DNA of 54,299 nt from an uncultured Nitrosopumilaceae archaeon (GTDB lineage Archaea; Thermoproteota; Nitrososphaeria; Nitrososphaerales; Nitrosopumilaceae). The position numbers and the translations under genes are program-made. Under the pieces are notes generated by a model. It had not been told where the DNA came from. It made no database searches and was given only the letters and a program-made list of their open reading frames with translations. Where the stretch lies: NCBI GenBank assembly GCA_964507355.1, contig CAZDPM010000001.1, forward strand, positions 1 to 54,299, given 5' to 3'. Below, one piece after another: positions 29,326 through 38,240 of the stretch (position 1 is the stretch's first letter; each line of letters starts with the position of its first letter).

Positions 29326-29538
29326 ATGCGTGAAAATGCAACATATTATCAAATTCAAAAATATGTAAAAACCAAATATGGCAAAGTTGTCAAAACATGC
29401 TGGATTGCACATGCCAAAGAAATATGTGGACTAAACCCTACAAAATCACATCGAAGAATTGGTTCTAGAGTATATCCATGTCCTGATGAAAAATTGGTTT
29501 GGATTAAAGATGCATTCAAACATTTCAAGATGATTTAA
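29326..29538 (+). CDS. Small protein resembling the C-terminal add-on domain of some RlmD/TrmA methyltransferases (ORF track start 29317)
   Basis: ATYYQIQKYVK..G......IA..K..CG...CP..K...I.DA.KHFKMI. Confidence 0.6.
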   Translation: MRENATYYQIQKYVKTKYGKVVKTCWIAHAKEICGLNPTKSHRRIGSRVYPCPDEKLVWIKDAFKHFKMI

Positions 29539-29588
29539 AATTCATAGAATTTCAATATGCTTAAGTTCACATAAAATTTAGAGAGATT

Positions 29589-30485
29589 ATGGTAATGCCT
29601 ACATTTGAAGATGTTATGTTGCCACTTCTAAAAGCAATTAGCGATAAAAATGAGCACTCACTACGACAAGTTGAAGAAATAATTGCAAAAGATTTCAAAT
29701 TAACTGATGAGGAAAGAAATAGACTATTACCAAGTGGGAAAATGTCTTATCTCTATAATCGAATAGGATGGGCTAAAACTGATCTAAAATTTGCTGGACT
29801 AATTGATCAATCAAGTAGAGGATTATTCAAAATATCAGATAGGGGATTACAAGTATTACATGAAAATCCACCAAAAATAGACGTAGAATACCTTCAAAGA
29901 TTTCCAGAGTTTGTAGCATGGCAAAATAAAGAATCTGAAAAACCAAAACAAGAATCTCTACCGCTAACTAGTCAGACACCTGAAGATATGATTACTACCG
30001 GTTATGAAATAATTCAAGAAGCACTATATTCAGATTTACTTGATAAAATAAAATCCGTGTCCGATCAAGGCTTTGAAATGCTTGTTTTGGATCTTTGCAG
30101 AAAAATGAATTATGGTGATTTAGTAGAACACACTGGAAAATCTGGAGATAATGGTATTGATGGTATCATCAAAGAAGACAGATTAGGGCTAGGTGAAATC
30201 TATTTACAGGCAAAAAGATGGGAAGGACAAGTACGTTCTCAGGATGTTAGAAATTTTGCAGGCTCATTACAAGCAACTAAAACTAAAAAAGGTATTTTCA
30301 TTACAACATCTGATTTTACCTCAGATGGTAAAGATTGGATTAAAAATCTCAAAGATACGACAATAATTCTAATTAATGGTAAACAACTAGCAAAACTAAT
30401 GGTAGAATTTGATGTGGGTGTTTCTGTAATTAGCAACATTCAAACCAAAAAAATTGATCAAGATTACTTTGAACAGTTTTTGTAG
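29589..30485 (+). CDS. mrr: Mrr restriction endonuclease (Type IV)
   Basis: Mrr_N (LPSG..NRIGWAK..L..AGL) + Mrr_cat (FE, GDNGIDG, YLQAKRW, GIFITTS, LING). Confidence 0.95.
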   Translation: MVMPTFEDVMLPLLKAISDKNEHSLRQVEEIIAKDFKLTDEERNRLLPSGKMSYLYNRIGWAKTDLKFAGLIDQSSRGLFKISDRGLQVLHENPPKIDVEYLQRFPEFVAWQNKESEKPKQESLPLTSQTPEDMITTGYEIIQEALYSDLLDKIKSVSDQGFEMLVLDLCRKMNYGDLVEHTGKSGDNGIDGIIKEDRLGLGEIYLQAKRWEGQVRSQDVRNFAGSLQATKTKKGIFITTSDFTSDGKDWIKNLKDTTIILINGKQLAKLMVEFDVGVSVISNIQTKKIDQDYFEQFL

Positions 30486-30505
30486 TTCTAATTTTTATTT
30501 TTATC

Positions 30506-30537
30506 TCTAAATCCTTAAGTTCAAATCATTTCTAGAA
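30506..30537 (+). repeat. Cassette-associated element (partial copy)
   Basis: TCTAAATCCTTAAGTT identical to 31472 and 33574 copies; start codon 23 nt after TTAAG. Confidence 0.7.
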
Positions 30538-30542
30538 TTTCC

Positions 30543-31160
30543 GTGAAATATTTTCTTGTTGTAATTGTTCTTATAGCATTACTTTTCTTTGGTTTTCAAG
30601 AAAAAGTTGAAGCCCGAGAAGCAACTGAACCATGTAGTTACTTAGACAAAAACCATTACATCAAAATTTCTAGCAATCCTTGGCAATGTGCTAAAGTAAA
30701 TTATTGGGTACCAGAAAAATGTGGTAAAATTGAAGGATTGTATAAGACAGATCCTGATTGCAAACCAACAATATCGCAAACTCAACCAACATCAATTCCT
30801 TTGCCAAAACCTTCTCAATCATCACCTCCAACACTTCAAGAAAATAGAGAATCGATGTCTAGTGGAATCATAATTGGTATTGTTGTTTTAATAGTAATTA
30901 TTGGAATTGGAATTAAGATTAAATCTCTTACAAATCAAAAAAACAATTCCTTTTTCAAGACATCTGGATTTTCTAGGAGTTACAATAGATTCAAAAAATC
31001 ATGTAGTTTCATTGTAGATCCAAAATCATATGGACGTCCTTACAATCCACCAACTTCCAAACAATTAGATGCACTAGACAAACTTGGATATAGAGGTGCA
31101 AAACCAAAATCTAGTGCTCATGCTGATCGTCTTATTAAAAAAGGATTCCATAAAAAATAA
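30543..31160 (+). CDS. Secreted/membrane protein (4-Cys ectodomain, Pro/Ser/Thr linker, TM, basic tail)
   Basis: Signal peptide, TM GIIIGIVVLIVIIGIGI, PPTSKQLDALDKLG tail. Confidence 0.7.
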   Translation: MKYFLVVIVLIALLFFGFQEKVEAREATEPCSYLDKNHYIKISSNPWQCAKVNYWVPEKCGKIEGLYKTDPDCKPTISQTQPTSIPLPKPSQSSPPTLQENRESMSSGIIIGIVVLIVIIGIGIKIKSLTNQKNNSFFKTSGFSRSYNRFKKSCSFIVDPKSYGRPYNPPTSKQLDALDKLGYRGAKPKSSAHADRLIKKGFHKK

Positions 31161-31219
31161 TTTGATTCAAAAATAATACTTACAAAATCTTTAAGAATTC
31201 ATATGTAATATAGAAAATA

Positions 31220-31456
31220 ATGAGTTCTGATGATGAACAAAGTAAAAAGTTAGATGTTACAGAATTACTAGATTTAGACGAACTTAACAAAAAAAATCAA
31301 GTAGAAGCAGATGAGATAAGAAAGAAAATGTCAGAAGGAAATCTATCCCAAAAAAATCCTGATTCACATAATTTTGATTCAGAGAAATACAAGCATTATG
31401 GGCTTGTTGGAAATTCATTTGGTCATGCAATAGCTAAAAGAAAAGGTCTAATCTAA
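31220..31456 (+). CDS. Hypothetical protein
   Basis: ORF with TTAAG box 24 nt upstream of ATG. Confidence 0.55.
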   Translation: MSSDDEQSKKLDVTELLDLDELNKKNQVEADEIRKKMSEGNLSQKNPDSHNFDSEKYKHYGLVGNSFGHAIAKRKGLI

Positions 31457-31471
31457 AGAAAATAAAGTGAT

Positions 31472-31505
31472 TCTAAATCCTTAAGTTAATACAAAATTTA
31501 GAAAA
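31472..31505 (+). repeat. 34-bp cassette-associated element, copy A
   Basis: TCTAAATCCTTAAGTTAATACAAAATTTAGAAAA; TTCTAAAT/ATTTAGAA dyad. Confidence 0.85.
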
Positions 31506-31507
31506 AC

Positions 31508-32506
31508 ATGCCTGTAATTCTTTCTGACGATGAAATATGGAAGGCAGTTATTCAATATGGAAAGAATCAGTCTACATACAAAATGGCATTAGGTGATTTA
31601 CTAATTACATATGCTCAAAAAAATAGAGAGCAAATAGCATTAGATGAATTGGCTAATGATTTCTTTAACAGTTACAAAAATAGAATGAATAATGGTAAAA
31701 GACAAAATAAATCAAAAGGAAAAACTGCATATGTTGAACAGGAGGTTTGGGCAGTAAAATCAGAAGGCAAATCAGAATCGCAAGCACTAGAAAACGTTAA
31801 ACAAAAATCTCTAAAAGATATGGTTTTAAAACGATTCAATTCAATTCAAGGAAAGAAGATTCCAAAACCATTCTATACATTTGATGAACGAAATCTGCAT
31901 CTAAATGATAATTTATTGAATATTTTTTCAATTAAAGAGAATTCTACTTTAAAAGCTCAAGTGCTTTCACGATGGAGTATGTTGGAACATGCATTTTCAG
32001 AGCCTGAATTTGCAGATACATTATCTCTTGATGAAAAACTAGAGCATTTTCGTAACAAAAAAACTAGAGCAGATATAACAAAATTTAGAGATGTATTAAA
32101 ATGGTATCAAGATGATTCATGTTTTTATTGTGGAAAAAAAATCTACGAAATATCTGAAGTAGATCATGTTATTCCACACAAGGTAGTAGGACATGATGAA
32201 ATATGGAATCTAGTTTTGGCACATAGGCTTTGCAATCAAACAAAATCCGATCAAATGCCTAAAAGGAAATTTATCGAACGATTAATTTCTAGAAATGAGG
32301 ATGTATTGCATAGTGATTTGCCACTAAAAGAACACTTGAAGTTAGTTGCAGGTGATACTCCAAAGAAAAGACAGGAACAGATAGAGCATGCGTATCAAAA
32401 AGGATTAAAATTTAATTTAGGAACATATGATCCTGAAATAAAAGATGGCTTTAGTAATGAATTTCTTTATGAAAAGTTGGTAAGATGGTATGATAGTTTA
32501 CAATAA
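31508..32506 (+). CDS. HNH endonuclease with N-terminal STYK-type helical domain (McrA-like)
   Basis: STYKMAL, CFYCG, EVDHVIP, WNLVLAHRLCNQTKSD. Confidence 0.85.
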   Translation: MPVILSDDEIWKAVIQYGKNQSTYKMALGDLLITYAQKNREQIALDELANDFFNSYKNRMNNGKRQNKSKGKTAYVEQEVWAVKSEGKSESQALENVKQKSLKDMVLKRFNSIQGKKIPKPFYTFDERNLHLNDNLLNIFSIKENSTLKAQVLSRWSMLEHAFSEPEFADTLSLDEKLEHFRNKKTRADITKFRDVLKWYQDDSCFYCGKKIYEISEVDHVIPHKVVGHDEIWNLVLAHRLCNQTKSDQMPKRKFIERLISRNEDVLHSDLPLKEHLKLVAGDTPKKRQEQIEHAYQKGLKFNLGTYDPEIKDGFSNEFLYEKLVRWYDSLQ

Positions 32507-32798
32507 GGCAATAAGAGATAAAATTCCTGAAATAATCAAAGAATCAGGAGGTAAATGTAATACTAAAACATTATCTGATGATGAATTTCTAATTGAACTT
32601 GATAAAAAACTAGATGAGGAATTGGAAGAATATCATAAAAGCAAATCAGTGGAGGAACTTGTCGATATGATAGAAGTTATTGAGAAAATAGTAAAACTCC
32701 GTGGAAAATCATTAGAAGAATTTGGAAAGATAAAACTAGAAAAAACAAAGAAACGTGGTGGGTTTGAAAAGAATCTGTTTTTGATTGATACTGATTAG
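32490..32798 (+). CDS. MazG/HisE-like NTP pyrophosphohydrolase
   Basis: YNKAIRDKIPEII...KL.EE..E......EELVD..EV...KRGGF. Confidence 0.85.
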   Translation: MIVYNKAIRDKIPEIIKESGGKCNTKTLSDDEFLIELDKKLDEELEEYHKSKSVEELVDMIEVIEKIVKLRGKSLEEFGKIKLEKTKKRGGFEKNLFLIDTD

Positions 32799-32882
32799 AC
32801 TTGCTCTCTAAACCATTAAAATAATTTGTAGTTTTTACTGAACAACAAAGCCATTAAGACTAATTATTGAATTTTTTAAAAT

Positions 32883-33563
32883 ATGTCAATTATCTATGGT
32901 AGAGCAGATAGTGAAAAACGTCTTTTAGAAAATTATCATAACGATATAAAGAAATTAGAAGATGTTGGAGATATTCGTAAACGTTATGAAGAAAAACTCA
33001 AACATGACTCGGGAATTTTTGGTTTTTTTAGAAAATGGAATACTAGAAGACAATTAAATAAAATTGAAAACAACAGACCCCTTCACAAGGGCGCAATTGG
33101 TGAGAATTTAGTTTTAGAGGAACTTGCAAAGCTTGGAGATGATTATCATGTGTTATGTGGATTACAAATGAGACTGCCTCGAATTGTATCTTATCGTGGG
33201 CAGAAAAATCTCAGATCTGCACAAATGGATTTTGTAGTTGTATGCAAAAAGGGAGTATTTCTAATCGAGGTTAAAAACTGGAGTGATACATATCTTGAAA
33301 ACTATGTTGAACGGGATCCATATGAGCAAACAGAAAGGGCAGGAAGAGTACTGTGGATTTCTTTGGACAATGTTTTTGCTAAAATTCAAGTCACTAACGT
33401 ACTTGTTTCAATATCGGGTAATATCCCATATGACGACAATTACAGAGTATTTGTAACTAGTCTTGAAAGAATTAACTGGTTTTTACAAACTCGAAACGAT
33501 ATATTGCAAGATAATGATGTTGGAAAGATTGTCAATCAATTAAAATGGTATGTTACAAAATAA
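32883..33563 (+). CDS. NERD domain nuclease
   Basis: GAIGE, QMDFVVV...GVFLIEVKNW, PYEQ. Confidence 0.9.
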   Translation: MSIIYGRADSEKRLLENYHNDIKKLEDVGDIRKRYEEKLKHDSGIFGFFRKWNTRRQLNKIENNRPLHKGAIGENLVLEELAKLGDDYHVLCGLQMRLPRIVSYRGQKNLRSAQMDFVVVCKKGVFLIEVKNWSDTYLENYVERDPYEQTERAGRVLWISLDNVFAKIQVTNVLVSISGNIPYDDNYRVFVTSLERINWFLQTRNDILQDNDVGKIVNQLKWYVTK

Positions 33564-33573
33564 AATATTCAGA

Positions 33574-33607
33574 TCTAAATCCTTAAGTTAATACAATATT
33601 TAGAAAA
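33574..33607 (+). repeat. 34-bp cassette-associated element, copy B
   Basis: TCTAAATCCTTAAGTTAATACAATATTTAGAAAA; 33/34 identical to copy A. Confidence 0.85.
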
Positions 33608-33610
33608 GAT

Positions 33611-33751
33611 ATGAAAGATTCAAGAGAATATGATGTTCAATGTGATCATCCTAGCAAGTTACAAGTTTTAACTTGTATCAAACTAGATCGAATCATAGAT
33701 CAAAATCAGAAGATCATCGAGATTTTAGAAAAAATAGCAAAAAATGACTGA
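33611..33751 (+). CDS. 46-aa protein, missed by ORF track
   Basis: MKDSREYDVQCDHPSKLQVLTCIKLDRIIDQNQKIIEILEKIAKND*; ATG 23 nt after TTAAG; overlaps next start. Confidence 0.55.
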   Translation: MKDSREYDVQCDHPSKLQVLTCIKLDRIIDQNQKIIEILEKIAKND

Positions 33752-34265
33752 AATTGAAGTTTCTCAAATTTTAACTCAAGCATGGCATCAGTTGATATCT
33801 CAATATGAAAAAGGGCTTGTCATAATTCCAAATGAAAAAACTTTGGAAACATTTTTTCTAAAAAACTGTGAACAAATTTTACATGAAAATAGAATCAATA
33901 TCCCTATTGGACGCCAAAAGGAATTCTACGGTAAAAGAGTTGATGTATGGATTGGTACGGATAATCCATCCGTGATCGAATTGAAACTATTCCATGATCC
34001 TGTAGATTGGAAGGAGACTAGAGGGATTACAAATGCAGTGGAAACGGATTTGAATTTTGCTAAAGGGGATTCTAGAATATGGGTTGGTGTAATAGATACC
34101 ATTCCAAGTGTCAAAAGACCCATGATTCAATATGATGTTGAGTGGGAGGAATGTAATATTGTAAAAAAAGTTTTTGAAGAAAATTATCGCGATATTGCTC
34201 CTCCGTCATCACCTAAAAGAGAACAAAAGCAAAGATGGTTTTTTGTGAATGGAAGCCAAATTTGA
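33744..34265 (+). CDS. PD-(D/E)xK nuclease-fold protein
   Basis: NEKTLE...RVDVWI...VIELK...D. Confidence 0.65.
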   Translation: MTEIEVSQILTQAWHQLISQYEKGLVIIPNEKTLETFFLKNCEQILHENRINIPIGRQKEFYGKRVDVWIGTDNPSVIELKLFHDPVDWKETRGITNAVETDLNFAKGDSRIWVGVIDTIPSVKRPMIQYDVEWEECNIVKKVFEENYRDIAPPSSPKREQKQRWFFVNGSQI

Positions 34266-34337
34266 TAAAAGATCCTGTTTACCATGCCTAAATCCAAAGC
34301 CACTGGCTAAAAGAGCAGGTCAATATTTCCTATGTCA

Positions 34338-34347
34338 AATTGTAGTT
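34338..34347 (+). repeat. Candidate attR core
   Basis: AATTGTAGTT, identical to 10922-10931, after last cargo gene. Confidence 0.45.
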
Positions 34348-34419
34348 CCAAAAAACTAACCAGCCCATCAAAATATTTACCCATAACTTTTTAAGACAAT
34401 TTTTTTATGATAGATAATC

Positions 34420-34590
34420 ATGAGTTCCGAAGCTGAAACAATCTATGAGCGGGTAGCAAAACTAGAAGATGAAATAGCATTACTTAGAAGTGAGGTCGAT
34501 ATTCTTAAAAGAGCATTAAGAAACAAAATTGCTAGACACGAGATATCAATGATCAAAAATGGACAAGACATAAGTTCTATTATTGATTAA
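34420..34590 (+). CDS. 56-aa coiled-coil protein, missed by ORF track
   Basis: MSSEAETIYERVAKLEDEIALLRSEVDILKRALRNKIARHEISMIKNGQDISSIID*. Confidence 0.7.
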   Translation: MSSEAETIYERVAKLEDEIALLRSEVDILKRALRNKIARHEISMIKNGQDISSIID

Positions 34591-35405
34591 GTTTTTGTTT
34601 TAATACTTCTTATTAATTCTAATATAAAATCTACATCTTCTGCATTTGGATTAATTTCTAAATATTTGTTCAAATATTTCAATGCAATATCTGAATTCAA
34701 TAATCTCTCTTCTAGTATTCCTTTGTCTCTTATATCATCTGGTGAATCAGGTTCTATTGACAATGCCATATTTGTACACCTTAGAGCTTTGTCATAAACA
34801 AAAGATTGAATATAAGAATTTTTTAAATTTCTAGCCAATCTGACAAGAATTTGTTCATGTCCTATATCGTCAAGAAATTCTGGTTTAAATTCTAATTCTC
34901 CTCCAAAATTTTCATCTAAAATATCATGAAGATCATCTATGTCTAACAGCATTCCATCATTGAACGGATCTAAAATCATTTCTTCATTATATTTTACTAA
35001 TATGTGGCTTGGAAATCCAATTATCTTAAGTTCCAATCCTATGAATTTTGCAATTTCAGCATATAGTATGGAAATTGTTATTGGCAGTCCGGATTTTTTA
35101 TCAATTACTTCATTTAAAAAATTATTTTTTGGATTATAGTAATCATCATTATCTCCACCATATCCTAAATTTTGAAAAAGATGTTCATTTAAAATTGAAA
35201 TCATATATGTGGGATTTTTTACATCATTGATTGATTCCTTTAATGACTTTCCAATGAGTGCAATTTTTTGAATATATTTTTCAATTTCTAAATCTGGATA
35301 TTCTAGAATTTGAGCAAATTTAAGGCATTTCTCAACTAAATTGAAGTTTGGGTTTTTTGCAAATGAAAGCCATTCAGCCACTAAGGGATCAAATTTTTCT
35401 TGCAA
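34587..35405 (-). CDS. SirB1-like transglutaminase-core + TPR protein
   Basis: YYNPKNNFL..V...GLPITISILY, GFPSH, LDPFN, RDKG, YLE..P. Confidence 0.88.
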   Translation of the reverse strand: MQEKFDPLVAEWLSFAKNPNFNLVEKCLKFAQILEYPDLEIEKYIQKIALIGKSLKESINDVKNPTYMISILNEHLFQNLGYGGDNDDYYNPKNNFLNEVIDKKSGLPITISILYAEIAKFIGLELKIIGFPSHILVKYNEEMILDPFNDGMLLDIDDLHDILDENFGGELEFKPEFLDDIGHEQILVRLARNLKNSYIQSFVYDKALRCTNMALSIEPDSPDDIRDKGILEERLLNSDIALKYLNKYLEINPNAEDVDFILELIRSIKTKT

Positions 35406-35408
35406 TTG

Positions 35409-36623
35409 TTACTGTTTTATCCTATTCAGGTATAATTGTGGCTCTTTTATTTCTCTAGTATTTGGTGGGTATTCAATTAATTTTTTGAATGCATTTTTTC
35501 CTAATCTTTCATAGATGATTTTTGTAAAGTCTTTTCCCATACTTTTTCGAAACTGATATGACGAAAAATCTGTGCCCATATAGGTTGTAAGGTAATTTTG
35601 AAAATCTTGATCATCTTTTAGGATATTTTCTATGGCAAAACCTGCCATTCCTTCCATTAATGTAAAAGCTGCATGATGTTTTTGAATTGGATTTAACCAT
35701 TTTTTATAAATATCCAACAATTGAGGAATTGCATTAGAGATTTTAGGATCAATTTCTACGTGTGTGAAGGTCATCACATCTGGACCAATCTGCTCAATTA
35801 AGAAATGATCAGGATTTAAAAAGAAAAATAGATTTGCTTTTTTTGCAAATGGAAAATCATCTGGAACCGCTTGGAGTTGTAAATACTCTGAAAGATTATT
35901 TACGGTTTGATTATCTAGCCCTAAGATGATAATTGCCAACTCTTCGTTAATTAAATTGACTTGTGTAGCTGCACTTTTGTTTAATTGGTGTAATTTTTCT
36001 TGCGTTGAATGAATTAGTTCTTCTACAATCGTCATTTTAACTGCTCCAAAATAACCTGAATTTACATCTGAGAATCTTGACTCATACGGTTCTCCTTGTT
36101 TGTGTAAAATAATTTGAGGATATCTGGAAAGTACAAATCTGTTTAAATAAATTATAGAATTTAAATAATCTCCATATGTTGTAGATATTTTTGAGATATA
36201 TTGTATAGCATATGTGGAATATACAAGATATTTTGCAGTATCCTTTTTCATTAATTCTGCAATTCTTTTCAAATCCTCGTTTGCGACTGAATCAAATAAC
36301 TCTCTTACAAATTCGCTTGATCTTTCATCTGAAAATACTTTTTTGCCTTTTAATTTTTTTAATTCAATTAGATCAGGAAACTCAATTTTTATATTCTCTG
36401 AAATTTTAATTCCCAAGAATTCCTCAACATTTTTCTTTAATGTTGGATATGTTTGATTGGCTATATTTTCTAATTCTTCAAATGTAACTTTCTGAGAAAT
36501 ATCCTCTTTTGCGATATTTGCAAGTTTGGCAATCTCTTTTTCTTCATTGATTTCAACTGATAATTGACCAAATAACGCCTCTGCAAATTCTTCAAACTCT
36601 CCCAATTTGCATAAATTCTTCAA
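35409..36623 (-). CDS. Conserved hypothetical protein, zincin-like (degenerate HExxH)
   Basis: EELIHSTQ...LMEGMA...Y...G..F...PP..EI..P..YL. Confidence 0.6.
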   Translation of the reverse strand: MKNLCKLGEFEEFAEALFGQLSVEINEEKEIAKLANIAKEDISQKVTFEELENIANQTYPTLKKNVEEFLGIKISENIKIEFPDLIELKKLKGKKVFSDERSSEFVRELFDSVANEDLKRIAELMKKDTAKYLVYSTYAIQYISKISTTYGDYLNSIIYLNRFVLSRYPQIILHKQGEPYESRFSDVNSGYFGAVKMTIVEELIHSTQEKLHQLNKSAATQVNLINEELAIIILGLDNQTVNNLSEYLQLQAVPDDFPFAKKANLFFFLNPDHFLIEQIGPDVMTFTHVEIDPKISNAIPQLLDIYKKWLNPIQKHHAAFTLMEGMAGFAIENILKDDQDFQNYLTTYMGTDFSSYQFRKSMGKDFTKIIYERLGKNAFKKLIEYPPNTREIKEPQLYLNRIKQ

Positions 36624-36701
36624 AATACTCCATTTAACATTATTCCCCTATCGGATCTAAAAGAAATTATTAGTTCTAAATTGTTAGTTTTACGTATAAA
36701 A

Positions 36702-37586
36702 ATGCATGAATTTAGTCTATATTTTTTAAAATGTGTTAGATGTGGTTCAGAGTTAGATCTTGATGTATTTAAAAAAGATATGGAGATTGAAGAAGGCATT
36801 TTGGAATGCAAAAAGTGTTCACTATGCTTTCCAATCATTAAAAAAATCCCAATTTTATGGGATGATCTTTCAAAATACTTCTCTGATCGTATTACGTTGG
36901 GAGGTAAATTATTTAGTTCAGTTACTCATGATAAAATGAAAAAATTTCTCAAATATTCATTGTTAAATTGTAAACGAAAAACTGATGATAGGACTTTACT
37001 TGAAGAGAGATGGAGTAAAATCTATCAAAACAGTCAAAAATCAAAATTTTATTCTATAATTAAAAATGAATTAAATGTAATGACAAAATCTAAACTTGTT
37101 TTAGAATATGGTTGCTCTATTGGAACAATGAGTAAATTTCTTGCAAATTCAAATCAAAATGTATTTGGAATTGATAGATCATTTAATGCAATCAGTATTG
37201 CCAAAAAAATATCTCAAAATAATTTAGATTATTTTGTAGCTGATTTCTTATCTGATATTTTTGGTAAAACGAAATTTGATTTGATTTTGGCATTAAATAT
37301 TTTAGAATTAGTTGAACCAAGGGATTTACTAAAACAAATCTCTCAACAAATTGATGTGGGTACACTTGTAATATCTGATCCGTATGATTTTGATAGAGGT
37401 AAAAATTCTGTTAATACATTCCTTGATGAATCAACACTGAGATCAAGCTTGAGAGAATTGGGATTTTCTATTACTAAAAAAACACAAAAACCCTCTTTTC
37501 TTACTTGGAATTTAAAACTAAATACACGATCAACTTTAAACTATAAAGTAGATTTGATAGTTGCAAAAAAGGAACATACAAAATGA
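36702..37586 (+). CDS. Trm112-like Zn ribbon + class I SAM methyltransferase (ORF track start 36681)
   Basis: CVRC..GILECKKC..FPI..IP; VLEYGCSIG, GIDRS, FDLI. Confidence 0.85.
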   Translation: MHEFSLYFLKCVRCGSELDLDVFKKDMEIEEGILECKKCSLCFPIIKKIPILWDDLSKYFSDRITLGGKLFSSVTHDKMKKFLKYSLLNCKRKTDDRTLLEERWSKIYQNSQKSKFYSIIKNELNVMTKSKLVLEYGCSIGTMSKFLANSNQNVFGIDRSFNAISIAKKISQNNLDYFVADFLSDIFGKTKFDLILALNILELVEPRDLLKQISQQIDVGTLVISDPYDFDRGKNSVNTFLDESTLRSSLRELGFSITKKTQKPSFLTWNLKLNTRSTLNYKVDLIVAKKEHTK

Positions 37587-37864
37587 TTTTAGAAAAATTA
37601 TAAATTATTATGTTTATCATTGATATAATACATTTAGCAAAGTGGTGTGAGTTACCATATCTATTCAGAAATACTGAATTACTCAGATACGTTTGAAACG
37701 CCTGACTATGGAAGATTCTTACCTTATATTCTAGTTACTGCCTAATTAGAGCATGTTAAAAAAACTATTTGCAAAATTGCAACGAAATCAAAAAATAACG
37801 TCTGATGATACAAACACATTCAAAAAATCTCAAAAAAAGACATTTGAGAAGGAAGACAAATAAA

Positions 37865-37972
37865 ATGAAGTATAGTTGCAAAGATTGCACTTTTCATTGG
37901 GAAGGATGGATGGATACTTTTGAGTTGGTACTTGTTCATGAAAAAACACATTTGAAAAAGTTAATTGATTAG
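37865..37972 (+). CDS. 35-aa C2H2-type zinc finger microprotein
   Basis: MKYSCKDCTFHWEGWMDTFELVLVHEKTHLKKLID*. Confidence 0.55.
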   Translation: MKYSCKDCTFHWEGWMDTFELVLVHEKTHLKKLID

Positions 37973-37973
37973 T

Positions 37974-38150
37974 ATGATTGGCTTTCTAGGTGATAAACAA
38001 ACAAATCTTGTACATCACTTAGATAACTTAAAAAAAGAATGTAAAATAGTGGAGATGAAATTGACTGATAGGCAATATTTCACTCCTGATACACTAGAAA
38101 ATGCAAAAAGTCAAAATTTTACTTCTTGTAAGCGGTGTCTGGGAAATTAA
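37974..38150 (+). CDS. Small Zn-binding protein (ORF track start 37965)
   Basis: VHHL...C...YFTPD...A....F..CKRC. Confidence 0.65.
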   Translation: MIGFLGDKQTNLVHHLDNLKKECKIVEMKLTDRQYFTPDTLENAKSQNFTSCKRCLGN

Positions 38151-38240
38151 ACGCTTTTGATTTTTGACTATTTTTTCTAGTCTTGCTAAAAAGATAAAAT
38201 TTGGAAAATTAGTTTTATGTCTCTAGGAAAATCCTACATT

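Larger units (their letters stand above)
10922..34347. mobile_element. Candidate integrated element / defence island (~23.4 kb)
   Basis: Tyrosine recombinase at left end; AATTGTAGTT at 10922-10931 and 34338-34347; cargo dominated by nucleases and R-M genes. Confidence 0.7.

Noticed and set aside
29285-33607. CRISPR array or classical integron attC array
   Set aside because: Repeats are separated by whole genes, not 30-40 bp spacers; no RYYYAAC...GTTRRRY ends; no IntI-specific features recognised in the integrase
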